Notes under the pieces: generated by a model
Told to the model about the DNA's origin: nothing
The model's database searches: none
What the model saw: only the letters and a program-made list of their open reading frames with translations
NCBI GenBank assembly: GCA_041748515.1
Contig: JBGTDB010000324.1
Coordinates: 1 to 26,572 of the forward strand
DNA length: 26,572 nt
DNA from: Phycisphaerae bacterium
Lineage (GTDB): Bacteria; Planctomycetota; Phycisphaerae; UBA1845
Direction of reading: 5' to 3'
Program-made: the position numbers and the translations under genes
In this document: positions 1 through 9,723 of the stretch, piece after piece
Numbering within the stretch: the first letter of the stretch is position 1
Layout: every line of letters starts with the position of its first letter

Positions 1-739
1 CGGTCCAACCATCGAGATTCAGTGTGCGCGATCCGAAGAACCGAAAGATGATGACTGGCTTGTCGCCCGGAACAGGCGGGGCGCCCGGAGGCGGCCAGAC
101 GCCGGAAATCGTGATCGGCCCACCCGCCGCGCCTTGCTGACGAACCTGCTCTCTTGATTTGTTATCCTCGGGGTCGCCGTCGAACGCTTCGTTGTCGGGC
201 GGTAGCGGCACCAGCGTGGGCAGATCATCGCCGCTGACGTCCTCGACTTCGTCGAACAAATCGTCCGGCGTCGAGTCGAGCGTCGTTTCGTCGTCGCTAA
301 TCACAATCGGGCCGGCCGTGGAGAGTTCGGCGTCTTCGCCGATGGTCACGGTCCCGTTGCCCACAATCAGGAAGATTCCGACCGGCTGATCGCCAAGGGG
401 ATTCTCCGCGTCGGCGTCGCTTGGACCATCGCCGCCGGAGTGAATTGTGCCGTTGATGGTTACGTCGCCGTGGGCAACGATCATGATGCGGCCGTTGGTC
501 GATTCAATCCTGCCGTTGATCGTCGTATGGCCCGTCACCGTGATGACCGCGTTGTTCTCGACGATCACGACATCTCCGGCGGGCAGTAGGAACGCGGCGA
601 GCGTGATGTCTTCGCTGATCGTATCAGGCGGCGGCTCAATAGGCGGCATCGGACAGCCGGTAATAAAAACAAAGGCGATTGATGCCAGTGCGATTCCAGA
701 CCACATTCCTGCTCTTGGAAATGAATTGCCGACTCGCAT
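1..739 (-). CDS. Putative secreted lipoprotein, 3'-partial (runs off the window edge; absent from the ORF track)
   Basis: Manual translation from ATG at 739: MRVGNSFPRAGMWSGIALASIAFVFITGCPMPPIEPPP..., open to position 2. Hydrophobic leader ends in lipobox-like ITG|C. AGGAG lies upstream. Body is beta-rich (VTINGTI-type) with an acidic linker. Confidence 0.8.
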   Translation of the reverse strand, partial: MRVGNSFPRAGMWSGIALASIAFVFITGCPMPPIEPPPDTISEDITLAAFLLPAGDVVIVENNAVITVTGHTTINGRIESTNGRIMIVAHGDVTINGTIHSGGDGPSDADAENPLGDQPVGIFLIVGNGTVTIGEDAELSTAGPIVISDDETTLDSTPDDLFDEVEDVSGDDLPTLVPLPPDNEAFDGDPEDNKSREQVRQQGAAGGPITISGVWPPPGAPPVPGDKPVIIFRFFGSRTLNLDGWT

Positions 740-1025
740 GATTTCGCTCCTGAATGCGACTCCGTTCCTTCGCGGCAGCGACCGATTCCGCCGCGTGCGA
801 TGAGCCGCCACACGATCCGTCGAAGTGTGAGTGGGGCCCAATTCGCTAGAAGGGTACGGCGATCCGCGAGAGCGTCAAGCCCAATGGAGGGAATTGTGCC
901 GAGATTCAGTCATCGTCATTAGCCGGGTGGTTGAGACCGGCATTGCCGCAACGCCCGGCTACGGTCAAGATGCGGATTCGGGACATGCGCCCGATTCAGG
1001 ATTGGCCCTTGGGAGTGAAACCACG

Positions 1026-1544
1026 ATGGATGTTCATGCGGCCTTGAAGGGTCAGTATCACGCGGCGCTGGCCATGCTGCGGCAGGCCATTGAACGGTGT
1101 CCCGATCCCCAATGGAATGGCGGACCGCATACGGTTCCGTTCTGGCGCGTGGCGTATCACACGCTCTACTTCACGCACCTGTATCTACAACAGAGTGAAG
1201 AGTTGTTTCGGCCGTGGGAATCGCACCGCGAGGATTACCACGACCTGCCCTGGCCGCCGGGCAGCGGAAAGGTGATCGACGAGCCGTACACCAAGGCCGA
1301 GTTGCTTGATTACTGGCGGATGGTCGATGGCCGGGTCGATGCCGATGTCGATGCTCTTGATCTGGAGGCCGCGGAAAGCGGGTTTTCCTGGCATCGGACG
1401 ATGCCCAAGTTCGAACATCAACTGCACAACATCCGGCACATCCAGCACCACACGGCCATGCTCGCAGCGCGTCTTCAATCGACCGGGGGCGCAGAGCTCG
1501 ACTGGGTGAGAACAGGCGCGGGGGAATCAGCGCGGGCCCCATGA
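1026..1544 (+). CDS. DinB/YfiT-family protein
   Basis: ATG 1026 follows GGGAG. Motifs FWRVAYHTLYF and HNIRHIQHH give the typical His triad. The ORF-track extension from 831 looks like intergenic sequence. Confidence 0.85.
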   Translation: MDVHAALKGQYHAALAMLRQAIERCPDPQWNGGPHTVPFWRVAYHTLYFTHLYLQQSEELFRPWESHREDYHDLPWPPGSGKVIDEPYTKAELLDYWRMVDGRVDADVDALDLEAAESGFSWHRTMPKFEHQLHNIRHIQHHTAMLAARLQSTGGAELDWVRTGAGESARAP

Positions 1545-1597
1545 AGTGACTTGCGCTTCCGGGGATTTGACGCGGCGATTGTCAATTGAGCCTGATG

Positions 1598-3883
1598 TTA
1601 CAGCAGCCCGTCCGCGGCAAGGGCTTTCAATCGGACCCAGCGACGATCCACTTCGGCCTGCACCTCGGTCGCGAGCGGGGCGTTCTCCGCAGTTGTCAGG
1701 TGCCGATATGCGCCGCCCATCTTTGCAAACGCCTCAGTCACTGGAACTTTCTTGCCCTGCTTTTCGGGATCGACCGTGATGTGCGTGATGCCGTGTTCGA
1801 TCTCGTAGAGCGGATGCATGCAGGCATTCACCATGGCTTCGACCGACGACGGTCCGACGTGCTCGTCCATCCCCCAGTTCAGCGGGCACACCGAAAGCGT
1901 TTTCACGAACGCGAATCCGCCCGCCCGCACTGTCGCCTGCGCCTTTCGAGCCTTGCGAATCATGTCCACGGCGTGCGATTCGGATACCGTGGCGATATAC
2001 GGCGCGAAGGTGCCGCGAAGAATCTCGACGATGTCCTTGTGATGCGTGCGCTTGCCCTGCTGATGTGGGCCGACGAAGGCGTTACTGTTTTTCTGCCCGC
2101 GAAAACCGGTATAGCAAAGCTGCGCCCCCGTGTTCATGTAGCCCTTGTTGTCGTACTCGAACACGATGAACGGGTCGTTCCGAAGGGCCGCTCCGATGAG
2201 CTGGTCCATGCCGATGTCGTCGCCGCCGTCGCCGGTGACCAGAATGACGGTGATCTCCTCGGACAAGTCACCTCGCTTCTGGAACCGACGGATCATCTCA
2301 ACCACACCGGTGGCCGTCGAAGTGCCGTTGTGGAACAGATTGTGGAAGTACGGAACCTTGAAGCTGGTCAGCGGAAACCCCGTCGTGATGACCATGCCGC
2401 AACCGGTGTGGAACAGCATCACAACGTGGCCGTCGATGCCGCGCAGGAACAGGTTCAGATTGCTGAAAATGCCGCAGCCGGGGCACGCACTGTGCTTTTC
2501 GATGCGCGGTGGCATCTGTGACAGCAGCCGCAGATTCACCTTGCCGTCCTGCCCGACGTTGAAACTGCACTGGTCGGCTCGGATCGGCTCGATTGTCGCC
2601 GGGGGGTTGTAGTCGGGATCGCCCGGCCAGGCGCCGTGGTACCACTTCACCCGCTTTTCATTTTCATCGGGGACATTCGGCCACGCGCGGGCCAGCTCGT
2701 ACATCTCGATCGCGTCGTCGTGGGTAAAATTCAGCCCGCCGATGCCGTAGGTCCGCTGAATAATGGTGGCAGCGTTGCCGCGGCGCTGGAGCGTCGCCCC
2801 GATTTCGTTGGCCAGGTAGTTGTCCGCGCCATACTGGCTGGCGCGCTCGGCCACAACGATCCGCTTCGCCTCCCCGATCGCGTCGGCGATTTCTTCCGCC
2901 GGCCAAGGCCGCAGGACCATCGGCACGACCAGGTTTACTGGCTCGTCCCGGCGCGACAATTCGTCGACCGAATCCTTGGCCGCCTCACCGGCAGTATTCA
3001 GCGCCACCAGGCAACGTTCCGCGGAAGCGTCGCCGTACTGCTGCACGCACGTGTATTGCCGACCTGTCAGAGAGGCAAAGTCCTCGAAGACCTCCGCAAT
3101 GACCTCGCGAGCCCGGTCGAACTTCTGGTCCAACTGCACTTTCGAATTGATCAGGTCGTCGTTCATGTACGGCCCGAAGGTGCGCGGATGAGTCACGTCC
3201 AACAAGCTGAATCGGCCATTTTCACCGGCCATCGCCTTCTTGAACGGCGGCGGTCCGACGAACGCCTGCACGTCGTCGCGACTGGCGAATACGTGAATAC
3301 GCCGGTTAGCATGCGACGTGTGAAATCCATCATAAGCGACAATCGCCGGCAGATTCACCTTCTCCGCTACCTTGATCGCGATCAGGTTCATGTCGTACGC
3401 CGCCTGCACCGTGGGGGCGAGGAAGATCAACCAACCCCACCCCAGGGCTGCGTACAAATCGGAATGACCATTTTTGATGTTCAGCGGGCCGGAGACCTCC
3501 CGCGTCGAGAGATTCAGCACCATCGGCAGACCCAGCCCGGCAATCGCGGGCATCTGCTCGGCCTTCAGCAACAATCCGTTGGCGCTGGTCACGTCCACCA
3601 CGCGGCCCCCGGCCACGGCCGCGCCCGCACAAACGGAAATGGCCGCAAGCTCCGAGGTCGCAACAATGAACGCGATGTCCGTTTTGCCTTCGGCGAAGGC
3701 CTTCGATACGACTTCGCCCGCGTCGGACGACGGCGTGATGGGATAGTACCCCTCGGCGTCATAGCCGATGTCGATGATCGCCTGGGCGACGGCCTCGTTG
3801 CCGTTGACCAGAAGGATTCTCTGCGGCGCCGAAACCGTCGACTTCCCCGGACTCTCAAGCGTTGTAATCATGCCATTGGCCAT
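1598..3883 (-). CDS. porA: Pyruvate/2-oxoacid:ferredoxin oxidoreductase, fused alpha+beta subunits
   Basis: Alpha motifs GNEAVA, YYPITPS, R..SGPLNI..HSD, DGFHTSH. Beta motifs ACPGCG, TGCG, GDGG...DNKGYMNTG (TPP binding) and CPLNW. Confidence 0.92.
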   Translation of the reverse strand: MANGMITTLESPGKSTVSAPQRILLVNGNEAVAQAIIDIGYDAEGYYPITPSSDAGEVVSKAFAEGKTDIAFIVATSELAAISVCAGAAVAGGRVVDVTSANGLLLKAEQMPAIAGLGLPMVLNLSTREVSGPLNIKNGHSDLYAALGWGWLIFLAPTVQAAYDMNLIAIKVAEKVNLPAIVAYDGFHTSHANRRIHVFASRDDVQAFVGPPPFKKAMAGENGRFSLLDVTHPRTFGPYMNDDLINSKVQLDQKFDRAREVIAEVFEDFASLTGRQYTCVQQYGDASAERCLVALNTAGEAAKDSVDELSRRDEPVNLVVPMVLRPWPAEEIADAIGEAKRIVVAERASQYGADNYLANEIGATLQRRGNAATIIQRTYGIGGLNFTHDDAIEMYELARAWPNVPDENEKRVKWYHGAWPGDPDYNPPATIEPIRADQCSFNVGQDGKVNLRLLSQMPPRIEKHSACPGCGIFSNLNLFLRGIDGHVVMLFHTGCGMVITTGFPLTSFKVPYFHNLFHNGTSTATGVVEMIRRFQKRGDLSEEITVILVTGDGGDDIGMDQLIGAALRNDPFIVFEYDNKGYMNTGAQLCYTGFRGQKNSNAFVGPHQQGKRTHHKDIVEILRGTFAPYIATVSESHAVDMIRKARKAQATVRAGGFAFVKTLSVCPLNWGMDEHVGPSSVEAMVNACMHPLYEIEHGITHITVDPEKQGKKVPVTEAFAKMGGAYRHLTTAENAPLATEVQAEVDRRWVRLKALAADGLL

Positions 3884-3927
3884 TTTTGAATTCGCAACCT
3901 CAGGTTCGCGATTCTAAATTCGTCAAT

Positions 3928-4875
3928 CTAGATTCCCGGTTCCAGTATTCCGTTGTCTGCAAACGTCAGGGCCTTGCCCTTTTTCGTTTCAGGGCAAGCC
4001 TCGACGCACCTCATGCAGCCTTTGCAGTATCGATCGTCAATGCCGACCATTCGCCCTTCCTGCCAGAGAAGCCCGCCTGGGTCGGAACAGACCGTCAGAC
4101 AGATGCCGCACGAATGGCAAAACTCTTTCGAGAATTGCGGAACGCGCCCGCGCCCGGCAACCCGGTTGTCTCGACCATGCGTGCTGTGGGTCAGGGCGTC
4201 GATCGTGCCGCCGTTGTGCATGTTCAACCAGCCGATCGGGCCCCGCGCGACTTGCGGCGTCGTCAGTGGATAGTCTCCCGGCACGAAATCCGCCGAAGCC
4301 CGCCCGGCCAGGGCTTCATCGAACGCCCGTAGATTCGCCTCGGCCGCACGAGGCCATTGCTTGGCAATTGACGCCCGGATTGGGGCGTCGGGAAAGTTAA
4401 GCTCATGGCAAAGCACCGACAGCAGTGGCATATTCATACGGCTATGAGATTCGTAAGCGATGCGCGTCGCGTCCACGCAGACAATCCGCCCGCTGTGAAG
4501 CTTCAGTGAATTGCGAACCTCCTCCGAGCTGCGAATCGAGTTCACCACGCAAACCGCGTTGGGCAAGAGCCCCCGGCCCAGGTCGAGCGACTCGATCAGG
4601 TCGGCGTGGAAGACGGTCAAGAAGTGCGGCGTGCTTGATGGTCCGGACTGGCGCACGGGTGTTCCCGGTTCGCAAAACCGGACGGAAACATCCGTGGGCG
4701 TTCCTTTTTTCTCCGAGCCGTATCGGGCATCGTATCCGCCATCCAGGCCGAATTGCTCACAGCCGATTTTGAACAGAATTTTCCCGGCCATGTTGGCCCC
4801 GTCTCCGCCCAAGGCGGAGATCAGGACATTGCAGAAGCCCAGATCGTCCTTTTTTGGCAGCCGATAACTGTCCAT
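3928..4875 (-). CDS. porC: 2-oxoacid:ferredoxin oxidoreductase, fused gamma+delta (2x[4Fe-4S]) subunit
   Basis: ATG 4875 follows GGAGGT. Gamma motifs LGGDGA, YGSEKKGTP, N..AF. C-terminal CHSCGICLTVC and CKGCMRCVEACP. Confidence 0.9.
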   Translation of the reverse strand: MDSYRLPKKDDLGFCNVLISALGGDGANMAGKILFKIGCEQFGLDGGYDARYGSEKKGTPTDVSVRFCEPGTPVRQSGPSSTPHFLTVFHADLIESLDLGRGLLPNAVCVVNSIRSSEEVRNSLKLHSGRIVCVDATRIAYESHSRMNMPLLSVLCHELNFPDAPIRASIAKQWPRAAEANLRAFDEALAGRASADFVPGDYPLTTPQVARGPIGWLNMHNGGTIDALTHSTHGRDNRVAGRGRVPQFSKEFCHSCGICLTVCSDPGGLLWQEGRMVGIDDRYCKGCMRCVEACPETKKGKALTFADNGILEPGI

Positions 4876-4971
4876 TGACAACACCTCCGGCAATCGGGAG
4901 AACCGGTTGCAAGTTGCGTGCCACGCCGGAGAAATTGTCACTGGTCCGGAAAAACAGGAAGGTATGGCCGA

Positions 4972-5400
4972 TCAGCGGGCCAGCATCTCAAGAACGCGGT
5001 CGTTTGACGCGAGCGTGGGGCGCATCAGTCGGATCTGCTCGGCCGTCAGCCACTGAACCTCGGCGATTTCGCGGGCATCGGGCTTTACCCGTCCTTCAAC
5101 GTGGCGCACGTGCCAGACGGCCAGAATATGCCGGGAGTCTGTGACCTGGACCGAGCCGAGCCGCCGGACAGGCTCGACCAGAATGTCCAGCTCTTCTTTG
5201 AGTTCGCGAACAACGGCCAGCCGGGGCGTTTCACCCGGTTCCACGTGCCCGCCGGGAAAGCACCACGCCCCCCCCTTGGCCACCCCGGCCGCGCGGCGAA
5301 TAAACAGGTAGGTGTCGCCCTGATTCAGGATCCCAATGACCCCTCGACGTACGCCTTTCGGTTCGACCTCAACTTGGTTTGGCTGGGCTTGGAAACTCAT
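4972..5400 (-). CDS. Nudix hydrolase (MutT-like)
   Basis: Nudix box GGHVEPGETPRLAVVRELKEELDI. Confidence 0.9.
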   Translation of the reverse strand: MSFQAQPNQVEVEPKGVRRGVIGILNQGDTYLFIRRAAGVAKGGAWCFPGGHVEPGETPRLAVVRELKEELDILVEPVRRLGSVQVTDSRHILAVWHVRHVEGRVKPDAREIAEVQWLTAEQIRLMRPTLASNDRVLEMLAR

Positions 5401-5415
5401 TTACCGATGGTCCAC

Positions 5416-5444
5416 ATTATACGAGAGCGTGACAAAATGTTGAA
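5416..5444 (-). promoter_or_regulatory. Putative sigma70 promoter of the Nudix gene
   Basis: Minus strand TTCAAC-17 bp-TATAAT. The -10 box is perfect and lies 15 bp upstream of the ATG; the -35 box is weak. Confidence 0.5.
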
Positions 5445-5509
5445 TCTGATTCGGGCGGGGCTTCGATACACTGCCATTGCCCTCATTTAGAATGACGCGC
5501 GCCCCGCGC

Positions 5510-7162
5510 TTATTTAGTTTGTCGCCGCCGTAAGCGGCCTACAATTTGAACGAACTCGTCAAGCTGGAAGAGCCGGGCACAGAGTGCGTAAATCAGGCCG
5601 CCGGCCGCCACGGCGACTATCGTTCGAGTCGCCGCGCCGAAGTCCGCCGAGCCGAGCGGCGTGAATCGCCCGATGATAGCCAGAATACCGCCCATGATTC
5701 CCGAGGCCGCGAGCATCCGCAGCCCGCCCGATGCAATGTTTGACCATCGTATCACCGGAAGTCGCCGATGCAGAATCATCGCCAGCCACGCAACTTGGAG
5801 CGTAGCGCAAATGGCCGTGGAAAGTGCGAGCCCTCGCTCCTGCATCACCTGCACCAGCGCCAGGTTCATCGCCAGGTTGACCACGACCATAACCCCCGCC
5901 GTGCGGGCGGGCGTCTTGCTGTCCTGCATGGCGAAAAATGTTCGCACCACGATGTGTTGCGCGAAGTAGGCGGACAGGCCGAAACTGTAGAACACCAGAG
6001 TTGCCGCAACGCGCAGAGCGTCATCGGCGTCGAACTCACCACGCTGAAGTATCGCCGCCACGAGCGGCCGGGCGATCAGAATCAATCCGATCGACGCGGG
6101 AAGGGCGATAAAAAGCGACAACCGCACCCCGCGCTCAAAACTCTCGGCCAGCCCCGCCCGATCTCCAGCCGCCGCCCTCGCGGAGAGCAGCGGAAAAATC
6201 GCCGTGGCGATGGAAATGCCGAAGACGCCGAGCGGAAGTTGATAAAGAATCTGGGCATAACCCAGCACCGCCGGGCCGATTCGCTTGCCATCCTCGATGA
6301 TATACAGATACGCAATGATGTTGTCGGCCAGCGCGCTGATCTGTACCGCGGAAAGACCGAGGGCCGTCGGGGCCATCAAGGCGATGACGCGCCGCACGTT
6401 GGGATCGCGCCAGGCCAGGTTAAGCCGTGGCACGAAACTGACCCATCGTAGCGCCCATGCGGTGAAAGCCAGTTGAAGAACGCCCGCGGCCAGCACACTA
6501 ATACAAACCAGGTAGATAAGCGGCCGTTCCGCCAGCCCGAGATACGTTGCTCCCACCAGAACGGCGACGATATTCGCGACGTTGAGCAAGATCGGCGCGG
6601 CCGCCGGAGCCGCGAAGTGCCCGCGAACGTTCAGTGCTCCGCCGATGACCGCCACCAGGCAGATAAACGCCGCATACGGCAATGTGATCGCGGTGAGTTC
6701 CAGAGTCAGGTCGTCGTGCACCCACCGCCATACCGCAATGATGACTTCCGCGCCAAGGAGCCCCGCGCCAAGTACGGCAAACAGAAGGGTCAATATCGCG
6801 CCGACAAACCGCCGAGATGCCTCTTCGCCGGACGTCCGAAGCGTTTGCGTCAGAACCGGCACCATGGCCGACGAAAGTGCGCCTTCGCCAAAGAGCCTTC
6901 GAGCCAGATTTGGCACTTGAAACGCGATTCGGAAGGCGGAAAGATATTCGCTCGTTCCCAGGTAGTAGCCAAACACCCCCTCGCGCACCAAGCCGAGAAT
7001 GCGCGAAACAAGCGTCAGCCCGGCCACGATCGAGACCGATCCGACAAGGCCCCGCCCGGGCAGAGGGGAAGCCGTATCGTTCGGCAAATCCGCGATTGGT
7101 CGGGCTTGGCCCGCTGGCGAAGCCGGGATTAAGCGGGCATCGCCCGGGCAGTCAGTCGGCAT
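5510..7162 (-). CDS. murJ: Lipid II flippase MurJ (MviN)
   Basis: SRILGLVRE, AFRIAFQVPNLARRLFGEGALS, QLPLGVFG and FFAMQDSKTP motifs; polytopic membrane protein. The true start may be 20-30 codons downstream. Confidence 0.93.
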   Translation of the reverse strand: MPTDCPGDARLIPASPAGQARPIADLPNDTASPLPGRGLVGSVSIVAGLTLVSRILGLVREGVFGYYLGTSEYLSAFRIAFQVPNLARRLFGEGALSSAMVPVLTQTLRTSGEEASRRFVGAILTLLFAVLGAGLLGAEVIIAVWRWVHDDLTLELTAITLPYAAFICLVAVIGGALNVRGHFAAPAAAPILLNVANIVAVLVGATYLGLAERPLIYLVCISVLAAGVLQLAFTAWALRWVSFVPRLNLAWRDPNVRRVIALMAPTALGLSAVQISALADNIIAYLYIIEDGKRIGPAVLGYAQILYQLPLGVFGISIATAIFPLLSARAAAGDRAGLAESFERGVRLSLFIALPASIGLILIARPLVAAILQRGEFDADDALRVAATLVFYSFGLSAYFAQHIVVRTFFAMQDSKTPARTAGVMVVVNLAMNLALVQVMQERGLALSTAICATLQVAWLAMILHRRLPVIRWSNIASGGLRMLAASGIMGGILAIIGRFTPLGSADFGAATRTIVAVAAGGLIYALCARLFQLDEFVQIVGRLRRRQTK

Positions 7163-7191
7163 GATGGAAAATGCTATCGGTTCGCGACGAC

Positions 7192-7818
7192 TTAATTCTC
7201 GACCCCTGCGTCCTTGTCGGACGGCCTCCGCGGGCGCAGGAACAGGTGCTGCGGCAGCGATAGGCGGATCTTACCCGCGCCGTACGTGCCTGTATGCACG
7301 GCCGTGGACTGACGGACGTCTTCCACGGTTATCACCACGTCCGGGTCGATCTCTCGCGCCATTCGAATTGTCGCAGGCGTCTGCCGCCGGGGCACGACCG
7401 TCATACACAGCGAAACCGGCCCGTCCCGGCCGCGACCGACAAACGTCGTGACGCCAAGTCCGGCATATCGAAGTCTTTCCGCCACCGCGTTGGCCATGCC
7501 GCGGGAGATGAAGTTGAGCGTCTGAACGCCCATCGCCAGCCGGGATTCAATCCACATCCCAAGGGCATTGCCGGCGGCGAATCCACCGGCGAACGCGAGG
7601 ATATTTCCCACGCGATCCAGGGCAGTCAGAACCCGTGAAACCGCAAAGACCCAGATGAGCAGCTCGAAGAATCCCAGCACGACCGCCAGGGCGCGCTGGC
7701 CGCGAGTCACCGAGATCATCCGGATCGTCCCCAGGGAAACGTCCAGCACACGGGCGAAAAAAATCAAGGCCGGCATCCCGAAGGAATCCGGCCCGAAGAA
7801 ACCATCCGCTGAAAACAT
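7192..7818 (-). CDS. DUF2179/DUF5698 (UPF0316) membrane protein
   Basis: IFFARVLDVSLGTIR, GFFELLIW, YA/FAGGFAAGNALG, and a C-terminal GxGRDG...DPDVVITVEDVR domain. Confidence 0.88.
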   Translation of the reverse strand: MFSADGFFGPDSFGMPALIFFARVLDVSLGTIRMISVTRGQRALAVVLGFFELLIWVFAVSRVLTALDRVGNILAFAGGFAAGNALGMWIESRLAMGVQTLNFISRGMANAVAERLRYAGLGVTTFVGRGRDGPVSLCMTVVPRRQTPATIRMAREIDPDVVITVEDVRQSTAVHTGTYGAGKIRLSLPQHLFLRPRRPSDKDAGVEN

Positions 7819-7939
7819 CGCTGGCTTGCAGTTCTTCCGCCTTACGGCGGAGTTGGGGAGATTTCCGGCCGACGACCGCTAATCTGAGTGTCGAACCGAC
7901 GGCTCAAGCAACCGAACCGAATCGAGCCGGTAAATGAAC

Positions 7940-8398
7940 TTATTCCGGATTCTCATCTGGAACCGGCTGTCGGGTTGGCGGCTCCGTTGGCGCTTCGCCG
8001 CGCGAGGGTTCCTCACCGCCGACCGACTTGACGTCCTGCATGTCCACATACAACAGACCATCCACCTCATAGAGCTTACCCGTCAGCTCAACTTCCTGGT
8101 ACGCGAGCGGTAAAAGCTTGCGAGCCGGGTTTTGCTTGCCCATGCCGATGACAACGACACCATCGTCAATCTCGAGCCCCGCGGGCACGCCCGCCCGAAT
8201 GTTGTCCCTGGTCTCGCGCGTGGGATCGTCCGAGGCGTACTCGCCGCTGAAATACGACTGAAGATCGACAATCCTCCCGATGATGATGACTTCTTCCGGT
8301 CGGGCCGGACGCCGTGGCCGGGCGAAAGCGCTGACCAACGAACCGGCAGTGATGACGGCCGCAATTGCAACAACACTCAGTTTCCAATGCCTGCTCAT
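7940..8398 (-). CDS. Secreted hypothetical protein (152 aa, possible OB-like beta-barrel)
   Basis: ATG 8398 follows GAGGAG. Signal peptide MSRHWKLSVVAIAAVITAGSLVSAFA and a Pro/Glu-rich tail. The ORF-track extension to 8800 is probably not translated. Confidence 0.75.
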   Translation of the reverse strand: MSRHWKLSVVAIAAVITAGSLVSAFARPRRPARPEEVIIIGRIVDLQSYFSGEYASDDPTRETRDNIRAGVPAGLEIDDGVVVIGMGKQNPARKLLPLAYQEVELTGKLYEVDGLLYVDMQDVKSVGGEEPSRGEAPTEPPTRQPVPDENPE

Positions 8399-8679
8399 AA
8401 AATTCACTCCTCGCGCCCCGGGCAGCCTTCGGCATCGACCGATCGCAACCCGTCCCGAGCGATTCACAACACCCCCAAGGGAATCCACCACGGCCCCGAG
8501 CGCCGGAATTGCCCGCACTCTACTCATATTGATCGACGCAAAACGCTGCAATATATCGTCACGGCCACCCAGTAGCCAGCAAACCCGCCCGCTCAAGGCC
8601 GCCCCAGTATCGTCCGAAAAACCGGCAGCGCTCGCTCCGGCAGGCGGAATCCATAGATCATTGAGCCGACGAGGATAAT

Positions 8680-9723
8680 TTGAAAGCATCTTTACTGGAA
8701 CACCTAGAGTGGCCCTTGATGGCCGATGCCGTTGATTCCAACGGAAAGGGCTCCGCTTACCGTACGCGCGCCAATGGCCTCGAAACTGGCGGGATTGCAT
8801 CTATTCTCGACCCAAGAACTGCCATCCAGAAAGGCATTCCTAGTTTTGTAAGTGGCCATACGCTTGAGTCGCAGACCGTTCAATCATTCGACCAGAAGTG
8901 GGCCCGGCACCGTTACTACCGCGAGCACACCCGGCGTTTCTATACCGACTGGTATCTACAACGATACGGGTTTAAAGACCTCTCCGGGCTGAAGCGATTT
9001 CTCGCGGACAAAAAGCTCATTCTCGACGCCGGGACGGGGGCCGGGCGCGACGCGGCCAACTTTGCGGAACACTCCGATGCCATTGTGTATGCCGTCGATA
9101 CCTCTCTGGACGCGCTCCGGATCGCGGCAGAGGAATTGAAAAACCCGCGCATCGGGTTTGTACATGCCGACCTGCACAAACTCCCGTTTCGCGATGCGTT
9201 TTTCGATTTCATCAACTGCGACCAGGTCATTCATCACACACCCGATCCGCGAGCCGCGTTTGGGTCTCTGGCGAAGAAACTCAAGACCAACGGCGTGATC
9301 TGCTGTTACGTCTACAAGAAGAAGGCCGCGCTCAGAGAGTTTGCCGACGATCATGTTCGATCGCAGCTAAGCAAACTTCCGATTGATGACGCACTAAAGG
9401 CGTGTGAGGCGATAACCAGACTTGGCCAATCGCTCGCCGCGATGAACGTAACATTGGAAGTCGAAGAAGACATCGATGTTCTGGGCATTAAAAAGGGCAA
9501 GCTCGATCTTCAGCGCTTTGTCCACTGGAATCTGCTGAAATGCTTCTGGAACGACGAGTTCGACTTTTTCACCAACAACATCATCAACTTCGACTGGTAC
9601 CATCCTGAACATTGCCACCGATTCGAACCGGAGGAGTTTCGGGCCTGGTTTGACTCCGGATGGGAGATCGAGGCATGGGACGTTCAGGACGCAGGCATGA
9701 GTTGCCGGGCGAGAAAGCTCTAA
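8680..9723 (+). CDS. Class I SAM-dependent methyltransferase with degenerate Trm112-like N-terminus
   Basis: TTG follows GAGGA. Motifs ILDAGTGAGR, AVDTS, HADLHKLPF and VIHHTPDP. N-terminal LLEHLEWP...IQKGIPSF. Confidence 0.88.
   Translation: MKASLLEHLEWPLMADAVDSNGKGSAYRTRANGLETGGIASILDPRTAIQKGIPSFVSGHTLESQTVQSFDQKWARHRYYREHTRRFYTDWYLQRYGFKDLSGLKRFLADKKLILDAGTGAGRDAANFAEHSDAIVYAVDTSLDALRIAAEELKNPRIGFVHADLHKLPFRDAFFDFINCDQVIHHTPDPRAAFGSLAKKLKTNGVICCYVYKKKAALREFADDHVRSQLSKLPIDDALKACEAITRLGQSLAAMNVTLEVEEDIDVLGIKKGKLDLQRFVHWNLLKCFWNDEFDFFTNNIINFDWYHPEHCHRFEPEEFRAWFDSGWEIEAWDVQDAGMSCRARKL

Noticed and set aside
1598-3883. Oxalate oxidoreductase
   Set aside because: The alpha motif is YPITP (Thr) rather than the YPIRP (Arg) of oxalate oxidoreductase.
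1586-3889. Long plus-strand ORFs 1586-2521 and 2636-3889 (likewise 14790-15680, 18452-19204, 22676-23359)
   Set aside because: Antisense shadows of well-supported genes, expected from GC-rich codon bias; no motifs.
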